From positions 1 through 64,000 of IMG/VR virus record IMGVR_UViG_2724679293_000007: 64,000 nt of DNA, one strand, 5' to 3'. How positions within the stretch are numbered: the stretch's first letter is position 1; every line of letters begins with the position of its first letter. The translations under genes were made by a program, and so were the position numbers. Shown here piece after piece: positions 8,680 to 18,960 of the stretch. Source of the DNA: a virus (taxonomy: Duplodnaviria > Heunggongvirae > Uroviricota > Caudoviricetes). The notes beneath the pieces were generated by a model that was not told the origin of the DNA, did no database searches, and was given only the letters and a program-made list of their open reading frames with translations.

Positions 8680-9723
8680 GTGAAAGCCGTAATTACTCCC
8701 TTTGTACAAAAAGAGCTTGGCGTCGCCACATTCAAAGTGGATCAGGAAGTCAGAAAGCTGGTGGAGGCTGGCCGTAAATTTATTATGGAGCCGGTGCCGC
8801 GTGAGTTAATCGAGCACATGGACGACGGCCTCGTTGTTTCCGAGCAAACTATGGCAACAAATGAGGCGTTGCAGCCGTTTTTTAACAGCGATGAACTGTT
8901 TCGCCGTATTGGTGGAATTGACGCGCTGGTGGCGTGGTTGCGCAGGAAAGAGGGGCAATGCCAGGCCGCAGATCGTAGCTGGTGTGACAACCATATTGTC
9001 CACGCAGAACGAGACAATAGCGCGGTGTTGCTGTGCTGGCATCACGATAACCATTACCGGATGCGTGGTTTTAATGAGCTGAAAGAAACGCTGCATAATA
9101 ATCGCGTTAACTGGATACTGGATGTCGCCCGTCAGGAAATGGGGCTTTCAGATGGCCATGATTTAAGTATTCAGGAACTGTGCTGGTGGGCTTTCATGCG
9201 CAACATGATGCACCTGATGCCGGAAGAAGTTTACCGTATATCAATAAATAAGATGAAAGCCGCAACGCAGGATAGCGGACCTCTGAAAGAGGCGGATATT
9301 CGCCCGTATGACGATCGCGCTACAGCATATGTTCAGATGATGGAAGAACGCGCCGCGCCGATGCGTGCAAAAGTATGCCCTGTGGATGTTGACTCCGACC
9401 CTGGCATGGCGCATTTCAAAATACCAAAACTGCAATCGCTAAAATTACCTGAGTACATGGACTTTGTTGCTTCCCGTCCATGCTGTGGGTGTGGAGCGGC
9501 GGGAGCTGGCGCTCACATTACGCCTTATATCGTTCGTCATAGTCGATTATGCGCGCATGACATTTACGCAATTCCTCTGTGCCAGTCATGCCAGCGTGAT
9601 ATTGAGCGTGACCGCGATAATTGGGAGAAGACGCACGGTAGGCTGGCGATGCATCAACGATTGTTCTTTGATTACGCGCTTGGAGTCGGCGCTATCACAA
9701 GTCACTCGTCGAGCGTTAGATAA
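8680..9723 (+). CDS. pdcB: PdcB-like protein (347 aa) with Cys-rich C-terminal motif
   Basis: ORF track, GTG start; C-x2-C pairs near C-terminus; named by P1 synteny. Confidence 0.55.
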   Translation: MKAVITPFVQKELGVATFKVDQEVRKLVEAGRKFIMEPVPRELIEHMDDGLVVSEQTMATNEALQPFFNSDELFRRIGGIDALVAWLRRKEGQCQAADRSWCDNHIVHAERDNSAVLLCWHHDNHYRMRGFNELKETLHNNRVNWILDVARQEMGLSDGHDLSIQELCWWAFMRNMMHLMPEEVYRISINKMKAATQDSGPLKEADIRPYDDRATAYVQMMEERAAPMRAKVCPVDVDSDPGMAHFKIPKLQSLKLPEYMDFVASRPCCGCGAAGAGAHITPYIVRHSRLCAHDIYAIPLCQSCQRDIERDRDNWEKTHGRLAMHQRLFFDYALGVGAITSHSSSVR

Positions 9724-9724
9724 A

Positions 9725-9741
9725 ATTGCTCTAATGTATTG
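9725..9741 (+). promoter_or_regulatory. C1 operator (ATTGCTCTAATGTATTG)
   Basis: 13/17 match to recalled C1 operator consensus ATTGCTCTAATAAATTT; upstream of lpa. Confidence 0.6.
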
Positions 9742-9811
9742 CTATTTATTTAATCGAGAGTATTATATTCCACGTTGATTAGTTGACATGGGCTAATCAG
9801 TAGGTGACAGG

Positions 9812-10264
9812 ATGTTACTTAACTGGCAGGGACGCCACTTCATGGAAATAAATCACTCACGAATAACATCGTACGAGATTGCGGATTACATGATCCGCAC
9901 TAAATCTCTTCTATCAGCGAAAGAACTCGCAGCAATTCTTGAAAAGGAATACCCGCACCTGGATGTCGATAAGCGCGATGTTTATCTGCGCTTAAAGGCT
10001 ATCGCTGTGTCTAAGTATTCGTCTGTTTTGATTGATGACAGTACACGCCCACGTAGATTTCAGATCCACTCTCTGAATCCTGAATTCTTTCGCCGCAGCC
10101 GCGCTCCGCGCCGGTTTGATGAAAAACTCCAGAACGAACTCTATATGACGCAGGACGAAAAGGAACGCCGGGAGCACCAGCCTTGGGTAATGGCGCGTCA
10201 ACTTTTCAATAAGGTGGCCCGTCAGCACCGTCATTACGGTAATGCCACATCCGCACGTATCTGA
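9812..10264 (+). CDS. lpa: Lpa, late promoter activator (gp10)
   Basis: 150 aa ORF between pdcB and pacA under a C1 operator, as in P1; alternative start at Met 11. Confidence 0.6.
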   Translation: MLLNWQGRHFMEINHSRITSYEIADYMIRTKSLLSAKELAAILEKEYPHLDVDKRDVYLRLKAIAVSKYSSVLIDDSTRPRRFQIHSLNPEFFRRSRAPRRFDEKLQNELYMTQDEKERREHQPWVMARQLFNKVARQHRHYGNATSARI

Positions 10265-10291
10265 TTGATTGCTTGCCCGTTCCGGGCCTTT

Positions 10292-10304
10292 TGACATGTG
10301 ACTT
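10292..10304 (+). promoter_or_regulatory. late-promoter element TGACATGTGACTT upstream of pacA
   Basis: Member of the recurring AAGTNACTT-like family seen upstream of several late genes in this window. Confidence 0.35.
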
Positions 10305-10349
10305 TCGTTACCCTCGCGTCAAAAAGAGTTTTTACGAAAGGAAGCATAA

Positions 10350-11543
10350 GTGACCTGGGACGATCACAAGAAGAATTTTGCTCGCCTGGCGCGAGATGGT
10401 GGTTACACCATCGCACAGTATGCCGCCGAGTTTAATCTTAACCCTAATACCGCACGTCGTTATCTCCGTGCCTTCAAAGAAGACACCAGGACAGCGGACA
10501 GCCGCAAGCCAAATAAGCCTGTCAGGAAACCACTAAAAAGCATGATCATTGATCACGCTAATGATCAACGTGCAGGTGATCACATTGTGGCTGAAATAGC
10601 TGAAAAACAAAGAGTTAATGCTGTTGTCAGTGCCGCAGTCGAGAACGCTAAGCGCCAAAATAAGCGCATAAATGATCGTTCTGATGATCATGACGTGATC
10701 ACCCGCGCCCACCGTACCTTACGTGATCGCCTGGAACGCGACACCCTGGATGATGATGGTGAACGCTTTGAATTCGAAGCTGGCGATTACCTGATAGATA
10801 ACGTTGAAGCGCGGAAGGCCGCGCGCGCTATGTTGCGTCGGTCCGGGGCCGATGTTCTGGAAACCACTCTTCTGGAAAAGTCTCTTTCTCATCTCCTTAT
10901 GCTGGAGAACGCCAGGGATACGTGTATTCGTCTGGTGCAGGAAATGCGCGATCAGCAAAAAGACGATGATGAAGGGACTCCGCCTGAATATCGTATCGCG
11001 AGCATGCTAAACAGCTGTTCCGCGCAGATAAGCAGCCTGATCAACACCATTTACAGCATCCGGAATAACTATCGAAAAGAAAGCCGGGAGGCGGAAAAGC
11101 ACGCTTTATCTATGGGGCAAGCTGGCATTGTTAAGCTGGCATACGAACGAAAGCGTGAAAATAACTGGTCAGTGCTGGAAGCAGCTGAATTCATCGAGGC
11201 GCATGGCGGGAAAGTGCCGCCCCTGATGCTGGAGCAAATCAAAGTCGATCTGCGTGCTCCTAAGACCAATACCGATGATGAGGAAAGGCAAACAGCCGTC
11301 GGTGGCCCTTCTCTTGAAGATCTGGACAAAGTTGCGCGAGAACGGGCCGCCAACCGCCGCGCCGATGCCGCATTGTGGATTGAGCAGCGTAGGGAAGAAA
11401 TCGCCGATATCGTTGATACAGGCGGTTATGGAGATGTTGATACTGAAGGTGTATCAAAAGACCCATGGCTGGAACAAGACCTGGACGAAGACGAGGAGGA
11501 AGACGAAGAAGTTACCCGCAAGCTATACGGGGATGATGATTAA
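10350..11543 (+). CDS. pacA: PacA, terminase small subunit (pac recognition)
   Basis: 397 aa, GTG start, [28 protein letters not shown]..; contains pac site; acidic C-terminus. Confidence 0.9.
   Translation: MTWDDHKKNFARLARDGGYTIAQYAAEFNLNPNTARRYLRAFKEDTRTADSRKPNKPVRKPLKSMIIDHANDQRAGDHIVAEIAEKQRVNAVVSAAVENAKRQNKRINDRSDDHDVITRAHRTLRDRLERDTLDDDGERFEFEAGDYLIDNVEARKAARAMLRRSGADVLETTLLEKSLSHLLMLENARDTCIRLVQEMRDQQKDDDEGTPPEYRIASMLNSCSAQISSLINTIYSIRNNYRKESREAEKHALSMGQAGIVKLAYERKRENNWSVLEAAEFIEAHGGKVPPLMLEQIKVDLRAPKTNTDDEERQTAVGGPSLEDLDKVARERAANRRADAALWIEQRREEIADIVDTGGYGDVDTEGVSKDPWLEQDLDEDEEEDEEVTRKLYGDDD
10543..10701. other. pac packaging site: two clusters of TGATCA/G hexamers (Dam sites)
   Basis: Four hexamers at 10543-10582 and three at 10673-10701 (plus one at 10734) flanking a spacer, the 4+3 architecture recalled for P1 pac. 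Confidence 0.8.
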
Positions 11544-13027
11544 TGGCCAGAAGTTGCGTAACGGATCCACGTTGGCGCGAGCTGGTGGCGCTATATCGTT
11601 ATGACTGGATTGCGGCCGCTGATGTTTTGTTCGGCAAAACACCTACCTGGCAGCAGGATCTGATTATTGAGTCTGTGCAGGAACAGGGTAGCAAGACATC
11701 TGTTTCGTCTGGTCACGGTACCGGGAAATCAGACATGACTTCTATCATGATCATGTTGTTCATAATCATGTATCCCGGTGCCCGCGCCATTATCGTTGCG
11801 AACAAAATTCAGCAGGTAATGACCGGTATATTCAAGTACATCAAGATAAACTGGGCTACTGCCACCAGCCGTTTTCCATGGCTTGCTGATTATTTTGTCC
11901 TGACAGAAACCGCTTTCTATGAGGTTACTGGTAAAGGTGTATGGACTGTAGTACCGAAGGGCTTTCGTCTGGGAAGTGAAGAAGCTCTCGCCGGTGAACA
12001 CGCAGATCATCTTCTGTATATTATCGATGAAGCCTCCGGTGTCAGTGATAGAGCTTTCGGTATCATCACCGGTGCTCTTACCGGACAGGATAACCGCATC
12101 TTATTGCTGTCACAGCCTACACGCCCAAGCGGCTATTTCTACGATACACACCATAAACTGGCCAAGCGTCCTGGTAACCCTGATGGCGTTTATACGGCGA
12201 TCACGCTTAACAGTGAGGAATCACCGTTGGTAACGCCAGCATTTATCAAAATGAAGCTGGCGGAGTACGGCGGGCGTGATAACCCTATGTACATGATTAA
12301 GGTACGCGGCCTATTCCCTAAATCACAGGATGGCTTCCTTCTTGGACGTGATGAGGTTGAACGTGCAACGCGGCGGAAAGTCAAGATTGCAAAAGGATGG
12401 GGCTGGCTTGCATGTGTGGACGTTGCTGGTGGTACGGGACGAGATAAGTCCGTTATCAATATCATGATGGTGTCCGGCCAGCGAAATAAACGCCGTGTAA
12501 TCAACTATCGAATGCTGGAATACACAGACGTTACAGAAACGCAGCTTGCCGCCAAAATTTTCGCAGAATGTAATCCTGAGCGATTCCCAAATATCACCAT
12601 AGCGATAGACGGTGATGGGCTGGGTAAAGCAACGGCGGATCTGATGTACGAGTATTATGGTATTACCGTACAGCGTATACGCTGGGGTAAAAAGATGCAT
12701 AGCCGTGAAGATAAGAGCCTGTACTTTGATAAACGTGCTTATGCCAACGTTCAAGCCGCAGAGGCCGTAAAATCTGGTCGTATGAGACTGGATAAGGGTA
12801 ATGAAACTATTGAGGAAGCGTCGAAAATCCCTGTAGGGATTAACTCCGCAGGTCAATGGAAGGTGATGAGTAAGGAGGATATGAAGAAAAAACTCAACCT
12901 GCACTCACCAGACCATTGGGATACATATTGTTTCGCTATGCTGGCGGATTATGTTCCCCAGGATGAAGTGCTTAGCGTCGAAGACGAAGCGCAGGTTGAT
13001 GAAGCTCTGGCATGGCTTAATGAATAA
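11543..13027 (+). CDS. pacB: PacB, terminase large subunit
   Basis: 494 aa; start overlaps pacA stop (TAATG); position as in P1. Confidence 0.85.
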   Translation: MARSCVTDPRWRELVALYRYDWIAAADVLFGKTPTWQQDLIIESVQEQGSKTSVSSGHGTGKSDMTSIMIMLFIIMYPGARAIIVANKIQQVMTGIFKYIKINWATATSRFPWLADYFVLTETAFYEVTGKGVWTVVPKGFRLGSEEALAGEHADHLLYIIDEASGVSDRAFGIITGALTGQDNRILLLSQPTRPSGYFYDTHHKLAKRPGNPDGVYTAITLNSEESPLVTPAFIKMKLAEYGGRDNPMYMIKVRGLFPKSQDGFLLGRDEVERATRRKVKIAKGWGWLACVDVAGGTGRDKSVINIMMVSGQRNKRRVINYRMLEYTDVTETQLAAKIFAECNPERFPNITIAIDGDGLGKATADLMYEYYGITVQRIRWGKKMHSREDKSLYFDKRAYANVQAAEAVKSGRMRLDKGNETIEEASKIPVGINSAGQWKVMSKEDMKKKLNLHSPDHWDTYCFAMLADYVPQDEVLSVEDEAQVDEALAWLNE

Positions 13028-13051
13028 CTCATTGACCATGCCGGATAGAAA

Positions 13052-13903
13052 CTATTGCGCGCTTTCGGGGTTGTCGTTTACTGGCTGCCCCTTCTTAGTT
13101 TTACGGCTGCGCGTAACTGATGCGGCTGATTTGACCTTTTTCTCTTCGCGAGTGATGGCAATTTGTTTTTTTACATTTTCAATATCTGCCAGGCGATATA
13201 TTTTTGCCTGCGGCCAGCGGTCGCAGATGATCGGTTCTATAGAGTCATAAAGGCTAAATTTTGCTTTCTCGAATTCACCGTTGATGATGATTCCATCACG
13301 GAGAGTTTCATCGCAGATAAACACACCACACAGCGGCACATGGTAACTAACTGATTTACCATCATTGTAGTTAGGGCTACTGGAAATGTAATGGACGCGC
13401 AGCATTGTTTCGCTAAAGCCGTGTACACGCATACGGAATTTTTCATCCTCCGGGTACTGCTTCATTAGCTCTTTTGTTGCTTCCAGGTTCTCTATGTATT
13501 TCGCACTGTGCTCATTGATCCCCGCGCTTTTCTGGATGCGAATGTCCTTATCAATCAGGTGAATAATGCGGCCAGCGGTCATGTTGACGCTGTTCACAGC
13601 TTCTGTCTGATAAGTTGTAACCTTACGCACACCGCGAAGGATGTTAGGCACTGGATATAAAATAGTCTTTGGGATATTGAGGTCTGGGTACTGTTCCAGT
13701 TCTCGCGCCATTAAAGTCCATTTATCAATTTCAGCCTGAATGCTGTCCGTTTCTTTGAACGGCAGGACGACAACCGGGCGAACAGGACGACCGTCGCTGG
13801 CGGCATCAACGTGTTGGGCGCGTGCAACAGCTTTTTTTAGAAAGAGATCCCTGAAGCTGACGAACTCCTGGTACAGTTGTTCGCCGTAGACATAATTTAT
13901 CAT
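13052..13903 (-). CDS. c1: C1 repressor of lytic functions
   Basis: 283 aa MINYVYGEQLYQEFVSFRDLFLKKAVARAQ.. matches recalled P1 C1; cognate operators across the window. Confidence 0.9.
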   Translation of the reverse strand: MINYVYGEQLYQEFVSFRDLFLKKAVARAQHVDAASDGRPVRPVVVLPFKETDSIQAEIDKWTLMARELEQYPDLNIPKTILYPVPNILRGVRKVTTYQTEAVNSVNMTAGRIIHLIDKDIRIQKSAGINEHSAKYIENLEATKELMKQYPEDEKFRMRVHGFSETMLRVHYISSSPNYNDGKSVSYHVPLCGVFICDETLRDGIIINGEFEKAKFSLYDSIEPIICDRWPQAKIYRLADIENVKKQIAITREEKKVKSAASVTRSRKTKKGQPVNDNPESAQ

Positions 13904-13997
13904 TGATCCTCCTCCAGAATTGACATGGCCAACAACTCACAGCGGATTACACTGGGAGTTGTTGGCCACCATTATAGAAGGATCCAACGAAAATAAT

Positions 13998-14014
13998 AGA
14001 TTTATTAGTGCATT
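13998..14014 (-). promoter_or_regulatory. weak C1 operator-like site
   Basis: Reverse complement AATGCACTAATAAATCT, 14/17 to consensus; between coi and c1. Confidence 0.3.
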
Positions 14015-14223
14015 TATTGTGAGTCTGGCTGGTTAGTGGCCATGAGATATTCGATTGTGTCAGTGAGATCATCCAGGTCGTCTTGGGTGATGCGGTACTC
14101 CTGATTGGATATCTTTGAGTAGTGTTCAGCAATGGCGCGGGCAGCGTCGGTTTCGGCGGGGTCTACAGATAAAGCGTTAGAGCAATGTCTAACGTCGTCG
14201 ATGGTTGGTGGAATGAAAGCCAT
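14014..14223 (-). CDS. coi: Coi, C1 inactivator
   Basis: 69 aa ORF immediately upstream of c1 on same strand, size and position as P1 coi. Confidence 0.75.
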   Translation of the reverse strand: MAFIPPTIDDVRHCSNALSVDPAETDAARAIAEHYSKISNQEYRITQDDLDDLTDTIEYLMATNQPDSQ

Positions 14224-14461
14224 AATTATGCCTCACTGTATTGACAACACAGAGCCTGAAGCTCTGACCTACTGTTTCACCCATGATCCATGCTGGGGTA
14301 ATCTAACAACATTGCGCTGTGTGTAAGATGAGCAATGCATAGCTGTAATGCCGTTGTATAAGGTTTCCCTGTTTGCTCATTTCCTTCTGAGCCGCTCTAC
14401 AACGCTGAAGACACATTAAATAGTGAATCCAAAGTCGTATTACGAAACGGCGGCAAAACTA

Positions 14462-14478
14462 TAATTTATTAGAGCAAT
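14462..14478 (-). promoter_or_regulatory. C1 operator (reverse complement ATTGCTCTAATAAATTA)
   Basis: 16/17 match to consensus; upstream of coi-c1 operon (Op99 cluster in P1). Confidence 0.65.
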
Positions 14479-14544
14479 TGTCAAACAACTATGAAAAACA
14501 ATCCAGTTTTTGGCTGGTGGAGTGGGATTTTTCTCTCAAAATTT

Positions 14545-14561
14545 ATTGCTCTAATAATTCT
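14545..14561 (+). promoter_or_regulatory. C1 operator (ATTGCTCTAATAATTCT)
   Basis: 14/17 match to consensus, opposite orientation to site at 14462. Confidence 0.6.
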
Positions 14562-14604
14562 TGATTTTTATGCGCAGCTGGACGTAAACTCCTCTTCGGA
14601 CCTA

Positions 14605-14638
14605 ATAACTTCGTATAGCATACATTATACGAAGTTAT
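14605..14638. other. loxP: loxP recombination site
   Basis: Exact ATAACTTCGTATA-GCATACAT-TATACGAAGTTAT, 13-bp inverted repeats around 8-bp spacer. Confidence 0.97.
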
Positions 14639-14710
14639 CTTAAGGGTTATTGAACATGATCAATTTACCTGTAAATCCATACAGTTCAATACCTTATCAG
14701 GTCAAATAGT

Positions 14711-14730
14711 GATCACTTGATCATTTGATC
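14711..14730. promoter_or_regulatory. cluster of three GATC (Dam) sites upstream of cre
   Basis: GATCACTTGATCATTTGATC; P1 cre promoter region recalled as methylation-sensitive. Confidence 0.45.
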
Positions 14731-14827
14731 AAGGTTGCGCTACGTAAAATCTGCGAAATGTTGGCAGTGTTAGTGCTCCAGATTTCGCGTAGCGCACTTA
14801 GCACCACCAATCAATCAGAGGTGAAAA

Positions 14828-15049
14828 ATGGGATATTCAGCTGCTAAAGTGTCCACTCATATTGAGCTTGAGAAAAACCGTGGTTACTGGCGGGCAAAAG
14901 GGTTTGATCGTGATAGTTGTCAACTGTCATTATCGCGCGGTGAAGAGAAAATAGAACGCACGCGCGGTCGCTGGCGTTTCTATGACGAGAACCATAAACA
15001 GGTAAAGGCAGAGCCGATCCTGTACACTTTACTTAAAACCATTATCTGA
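14828..15049 (+). CDS. hypothetical basic protein (73 aa) between loxP and cre
   Basis: ORF track; GAGGTG RBS; function unknown. Confidence 0.4.
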   Translation: MGYSAAKVSTHIELEKNRGYWRAKGFDRDSCQLSLSRGEEKIERTRGRWRFYDENHKQVKAEPILYTLLKTII

Positions 15050-15056
15050 GTGTTAA

Positions 15057-16088
15057 ATGTCCAATTTACTGACCGTACACCAAAATTTGCCTGCATTACC
15101 GGTCGATGCAACGAGTGATGAGGTTCGCAAGAACCTGATGGACATGTTCAGGGATCGCCAGGCGTTTTCTGAGCATACCTGGAAAATGCTTCTGTCCGTT
15201 TGCCGGTCGTGGGCGGCATGGTGCAAGTTGAATAACCGGAAATGGTTTCCCGCAGAACCTGAAGATGTTCGCGATTACCTTCTATATCTTCAGGCGCGTG
15301 GTCTGGCAGTAAAAACTATCCAGCAACATTTGGGCCAGCTAAACATGCTTCATCGTCGGTCCGGGCTGCCACGACCAAGTGACAGCAATGCTGTTTCACT
15401 GGTCATGCGACGGATCCGAAAAGAAAACGTTGATGCCGGTGAACGTGCAAAACAGGCACTGGCGTTCGAACGCACTGATTTCGACCAGGTTCGTTCACTC
15501 ATGGAAAATAGCGATCGCTGCCAGGATATACGTAATCTGGCATTTCTGGGGATTGCTTATAACACCCTGTTACGTATAGCCGAAATTGCCAGGATCAGGG
15601 TTAAAGATATCTCACGTACAGACGGTGGGAGAATGTTAATCCATATTGGCAGAACGAAAACGCTGGTTAGTACCGCGGGTGTAGAGAAGGCACTTAGCCT
15701 GGGGGTAACTAAACTGGTCGAGCGATGGATTTCTGTCTCTGGTGTGGCTGATGATCCGAATAACTACTTGTTTTGCCGTGTCAGAAAAAATGGCGTAGCT
15801 GCGCCATCTGCCACAAGCCAGCTATCAACTCGCGCCCTGGAAGGGATTTTTGAAGCAACTCATCGATTGATTTACGGCGCTAAGGATGACTCTGGTCAGA
15901 GATACCTGGCCTGGTCTGGACACAGTGCCCGTGTCGGAGCCGCGCGAGATATGGCCCGCGCCGGAGTTTCAATACCGGAGATCATGCAAGCTGGTGGCTG
16001 GACCAACGTAAATATTGTCATGAACTATATCCGTAACCTGGATAGTGAAACAGGGGCAATGGTGCGCCTGCTGGAAGGTGGCGATTAG
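15057..16088 (+). CDS. cre: Cre tyrosine site-specific recombinase
   Basis: 343 aa MSNLLTVHQNLPALPVDATSDEVRKNLMDMFRDRQAFSEHTWKMLLSVCRSWAAWCKLNNRKWFPAEPEDVRDYLLYLQARGLAVKTIQQHL.. recognised as P1 Cre; loxP 419 bp upstream. Confidence 0.98.
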   Translation: MSNLLTVHQNLPALPVDATSDEVRKNLMDMFRDRQAFSEHTWKMLLSVCRSWAAWCKLNNRKWFPAEPEDVRDYLLYLQARGLAVKTIQQHLGQLNMLHRRSGLPRPSDSNAVSLVMRRIRKENVDAGERAKQALAFERTDFDQVRSLMENSDRCQDIRNLAFLGIAYNTLLRIAEIARIRVKDISRTDGGRMLIHIGRTKTLVSTAGVEKALSLGVTKLVERWISVSGVADDPNNYLFCRVRKNGVAAPSATSQLSTRALEGIFEATHRLIYGAKDDSGQRYLAWSGHSARVGAARDMARAGVSIPEIMQAGGWTNVNIVMNYIRNLDSETGAMVRLLEGGD

Positions 16089-16105
16089 CCATTAACGCGC
16101 AAATG

Positions 16106-16122
16106 ATTGCTCTAATTCTTTG
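16106..16122 (+). promoter_or_regulatory. C1 operator (ATTGCTCTAATTCTTTG)
   Basis: 13/17 match to consensus; upstream of cra. Confidence 0.55.
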
Positions 16123-16138
16123 ATATTTATGGCGGCAT

Positions 16139-16450
16139 ATGAGAAAGGATTTCAACATCGACGGAAAATATGTAGTGCTGTCTGTGAGCACTAATATTCA
16201 GTCGCCAGCCGTCATTGTCACTGTAAAGCTGAGCGATAGAATGCCTGATATTGACTCAATATCCGTTGCGTTCCCTGTCAGAAGTATGCGTAGTGCTGAA
16301 CATTTCGTGATGAATGCCACCGAGGAAGAAGCACGGCGCGGTTTTGCTAAAGTGATGTCTGAGTTTGGCGAATTTTTGGGGCACGTTGACAAAGCCCTCT
16401 CAATCAGTTCAGCAAGGTCCAAAGCATTAACAGCTTCCATGATGAAATAA
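16139..16450 (+). CDS. cra: Cra-like protein (cre-associated), 103 aa
   Basis: ORF directly downstream of cre as in P1. Confidence 0.55.
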   Translation: MRKDFNIDGKYVVLSVSTNIQSPAVIVTVKLSDRMPDIDSISVAFPVRSMRSAEHFVMNATEEEARRGFAKVMSEFGEFLGHVDKALSISSARSKALTASMMK

Positions 16451-16581
16451 AAAAAGCCTGGCAAGGAGCCAGGCTGCACAAAAGAGCGGGTTTGTATTCC
16501 GCATCCAATCAATCAAGAAGGAGTATAGCACACAGGTACTGAAGTGAAAAAATGTGATTCGCGATAAACAAAATCCCTACC

Positions 16582-16610
16582 ATTGCTCTAATTGATTGCT
16601 ATAATTGAGC
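16582..16610 (+). promoter_or_regulatory. tandem overlapping C1 operators (ATTGCTCTAATTGATTG and ATTGCTATAATTGAGC)
   Basis: Two operator-like copies offset by 13 bp upstream of ref, as recalled for P1 Op2a/b. Confidence 0.6.
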
Positions 16611-16696
16611 CGCAGTTTTTGTCAACTACGAAGACGTTGCCATTACTTAACTCCTTGACATCATTGGCGGCCATCAGGCCGCCTTTTTTTTGCCAT

Positions 16697-17257
16697 ATGA
16701 AAACAATCGAACAAAAAATTGAACAGCACCGTAAGTGGCAGAAGGCAGCCAGAGAACGAGCGATCGCTCGGCAACGGGAGAAGTTGGCTGATCCGGCCTG
16801 GCGAGAATCTCAATATCAGAAAATGCGGAATACTATCGACCGCCGTATCGCTAAACAGAAAGAGCGCCCACCAGCCAGCAAAACGCGGAAAAGCGCGGTA
16901 AAAATAAAATCTCGTGGCTTGAAGGGACGAACACCGACGGCGGAGGAGCGGCGCATAGCCAATGCTCTTGGCGCTCTCCCCTGCATTGCCTGCTATATGC
17001 ATGGAGTAATATCTGAAGAGGTGTCTCTGCACCATATCTCCGGTCGTACCGCGCCTGGTTGTCACAAAAAGCAATTGCCACTTTGTAGATGGCACCACCA
17101 GCATGCAGCACCGGCTGAAGTAAGAGAAAAATACCCCTGGCTGGTCCCTGTTCATGCCGATGGTGTGGTTGGAGGCAAGAAAGAATTCACCTTGCTGAAC
17201 AAGTCAGAGATGGAGTTGCTGGCTGACGCCTATGAGATGGCAAACAGCATGCACTAA
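16697..17257 (+). CDS. ref: Ref, recombination enhancement function (HNH nuclease)
   Basis: 186 aa from ATG 16697 (ORF track starts at upstream ATG 16592); Cys/His-rich HNH-like C-terminal half; C1-operator controlled. Confidence 0.8.
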   Translation: MKTIEQKIEQHRKWQKAARERAIARQREKLADPAWRESQYQKMRNTIDRRIAKQKERPPASKTRKSAVKIKSRGLKGRTPTAEERRIANALGALPCIACYMHGVISEEVSLHHISGRTAPGCHKKQLPLCRWHHQHAAPAEVREKYPWLVPVHADGVVGGKKEFTLLNKSEMELLADAYEMANSMH

Positions 17258-17292
17258 TAAATATATTATTTTTAATCTGAAATAATTGACAA

Positions 17293-17305
17293 CTGACAAG
17301 TGACT
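17293..17305 (+). promoter_or_regulatory. late-promoter element TGACAAGTGACTT
   Basis: AAGTGACTT core; between ref and mat. Confidence 0.35.
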
Positions 17306-17408
17306 TCAGTCAGAATCATCACATGCCCGGTACGGATGGATCCCTTTTCAAATATTCCATGGACGGCACAGTCTGAGTACCGGGCGCTACCTTCAGTTGT
17401 ATTGCTAA

Positions 17409-17436
17409 GCCGCCGCTGGTGGCTTTTCTTTTTTAT
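17409..17436 (+). terminator. intrinsic terminator (GCCGCC-GCT-GGTGGC + T-run)
   Basis: GC stem followed by TTTTCTTTTTT; lies inside the N-terminal extension of track ORF 17300-18088. Confidence 0.5.
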
Positions 17437-17446
17437 AAGGGGCGCT

Positions 17447-18088
17447 ATGGATAAGAAAATATGCGTTGTTTCGATGAGCGTCGGCAAACCGGCGTCAATG
17501 ACTGCCGCATGGATCAACAATGAGCTGATAATGGCTGAGCGGACCAGCTACCCTGAACGCCGCCGCGATATGGAACTCCAGCTGCTGCGCGAATTGCGAG
17601 AAAAAGAGGAAAAGGGTTTTATCGTGCTGGTGGAAGAGGAAAACAGCTTTATTACCGGTCGAGTTGGCCAGCGTGTAAGGTTGCGCGATCCCTTCATGAA
17701 CAGCAGGCCGGTACTAATTGAAGCAATGCAGATTTACAAGGCGCTGGAACGCCAGAAAGCGATCAAGTTACCGCGCAAAGAATCCGGCAAATACATCCTC
17801 CACCAAAGCATCTTCGATTCCGAACACGATAAAAAAGGCGATGAATTTTTCAACATCAACTGGAGCGAAATAACGACAGAGCATGTTCTGACGTTACTAT
17901 GTTGCTTTGCGACGGAATACAACAACGTTGCCAGCGCAGACTACATAAGGGCAATGGCTGGGGAAATTGATACCCATCAGGAACCATCGTTACTAAGCCC
18001 CCTGATTAATATAATTCGCGGTACCCATGCGCTGACACAAAAGCAAGTTCCGCAAGGATTGTTAACAGGAAAAGGAAATTTTTTTTAA
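17447..18088 (+). CDS. mat: Mat-like protein (maturation control)
   Basis: ORF track 17300-18088; start reassigned to ATG 17447 after the terminator; position as P1 mat. Confidence 0.55.
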   Translation: MDKKICVVSMSVGKPASMTAAWINNELIMAERTSYPERRRDMELQLLRELREKEEKGFIVLVEEENSFITGRVGQRVRLRDPFMNSRPVLIEAMQIYKALERQKAIKLPRKESGKYILHQSIFDSEHDKKGDEFFNINWSEITTEHVLTLLCCFATEYNNVASADYIRAMAGEIDTHQEPSLLSPLINIIRGTHALTQKQVPQGLLTGKGNFF

Positions 18089-18234
18089 CCGACTATTTGT
18101 TTAAAAACGGAGATCGTTGTTTACCATTTCTCCGTTTTCTATCAAGAGGGGCAACCTCTTTAAGAGAGTCAAAATTGTTTCTCCTTCATCGCTATCGCTG
18201 ATAACATCAGCTCAAAAAACGAAGGAGTTTTTCT

Positions 18235-18840
18235 ATGTCTGACACTTCGACAAACGAAATTGTACCACACCTACCATTAATCTTCGAAAATGAAGCTAAT
18301 GGGATTCTTCAGGATCTGGCCTGTACCCCATCGCTGATGGGGATGATGATGTTTGCGACAGAAGAGGAACTGAAAGCGGCACGAAGCCACATAATAGACG
18401 TATTTGAAGAGTGTTACCGAGCCGGACATTTACGCATTATGGGCTTTACTAATGAAGGACAGTTGTTCGGGTACGCCTTAATTTTTGGGCATCCATCAGG
18501 AAACTTACCATTGTACTGTCATAAAATTTATGTATATGAGCAATATCGTGGTAATGGACTTGGAAGTAAGATACTGGCAGAAATACTTGCATTTCCAAAT
18601 GAAGTCGGATTGATTTGCCAGTCTGCTTTAGTTCCTTTTTATGAATCAGCGGGGATGCACTTTAAAGGGAATTACACTACTCCACCAGTCGCTAATTTCA
18701 CAAAAACCCGAGGGATGTATGAGGGGCTTTGCGTGATGAGTACCAATAAGACGGACAAGATTAATGATATCCCCATCTTCATGTTAAATAATCGCGATAT
18801 TGATACCATTATACAAGCTATGGTATCGGCAAAAAAATAA
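18235..18840 (+). CDS. GNAT-family N-acetyltransferase (201 aa)
   Basis: Acetyl-CoA motif QYRGNGLGSKILAEIL; AAGGAG RBS; no partner gene; occupies the position where P1 carries res/mod. Confidence 0.7.
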   Translation: MSDTSTNEIVPHLPLIFENEANGILQDLACTPSLMGMMMFATEEELKAARSHIIDVFEECYRAGHLRIMGFTNEGQLFGYALIFGHPSGNLPLYCHKIYVYEQYRGNGLGSKILAEILAFPNEVGLICQSALVPFYESAGMHFKGNYTTPPVANFTKTRGMYEGLCVMSTNKTDKINDIPIFMLNNRDIDTIIQAMVSAKK

Positions 18841-18960
18841 CCCTACAGCTCCAAAATGCTGAAAAGATCACAAATGGTTTAATCTCCAAATGTTAAACAT
18901 GATTACTTCTGCATAAAACTTTTTCAGCCCGGTCGAGTGCCGGGCATAAACTCGGAAAGT

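Noticed and set aside
14132-14326. Plus-strand 64-aa ORF across the coi region
   Set aside because: Antisense to coi and its promoter region, without RBS; imcA/imcB-like small genes may exist at 14224-14460 on the minus strand but could not be delimited confidently.
18235-18840. GNAT gene as the toxin of a GNAT/RHH type II toxin-antitoxin pair
   Set aside because: No small ORF with coupled start/stop on either side; flanking 146 bp and 120 bp are non-coding by eye, so only a solo acetyltransferase is reported.
18920-18945. Hairpin CCCGG-TCGAGTG-CCGGG as terminator between GNAT and lxc
   Set aside because: No U-run on either strand after the stem; not called as an intrinsic terminator.
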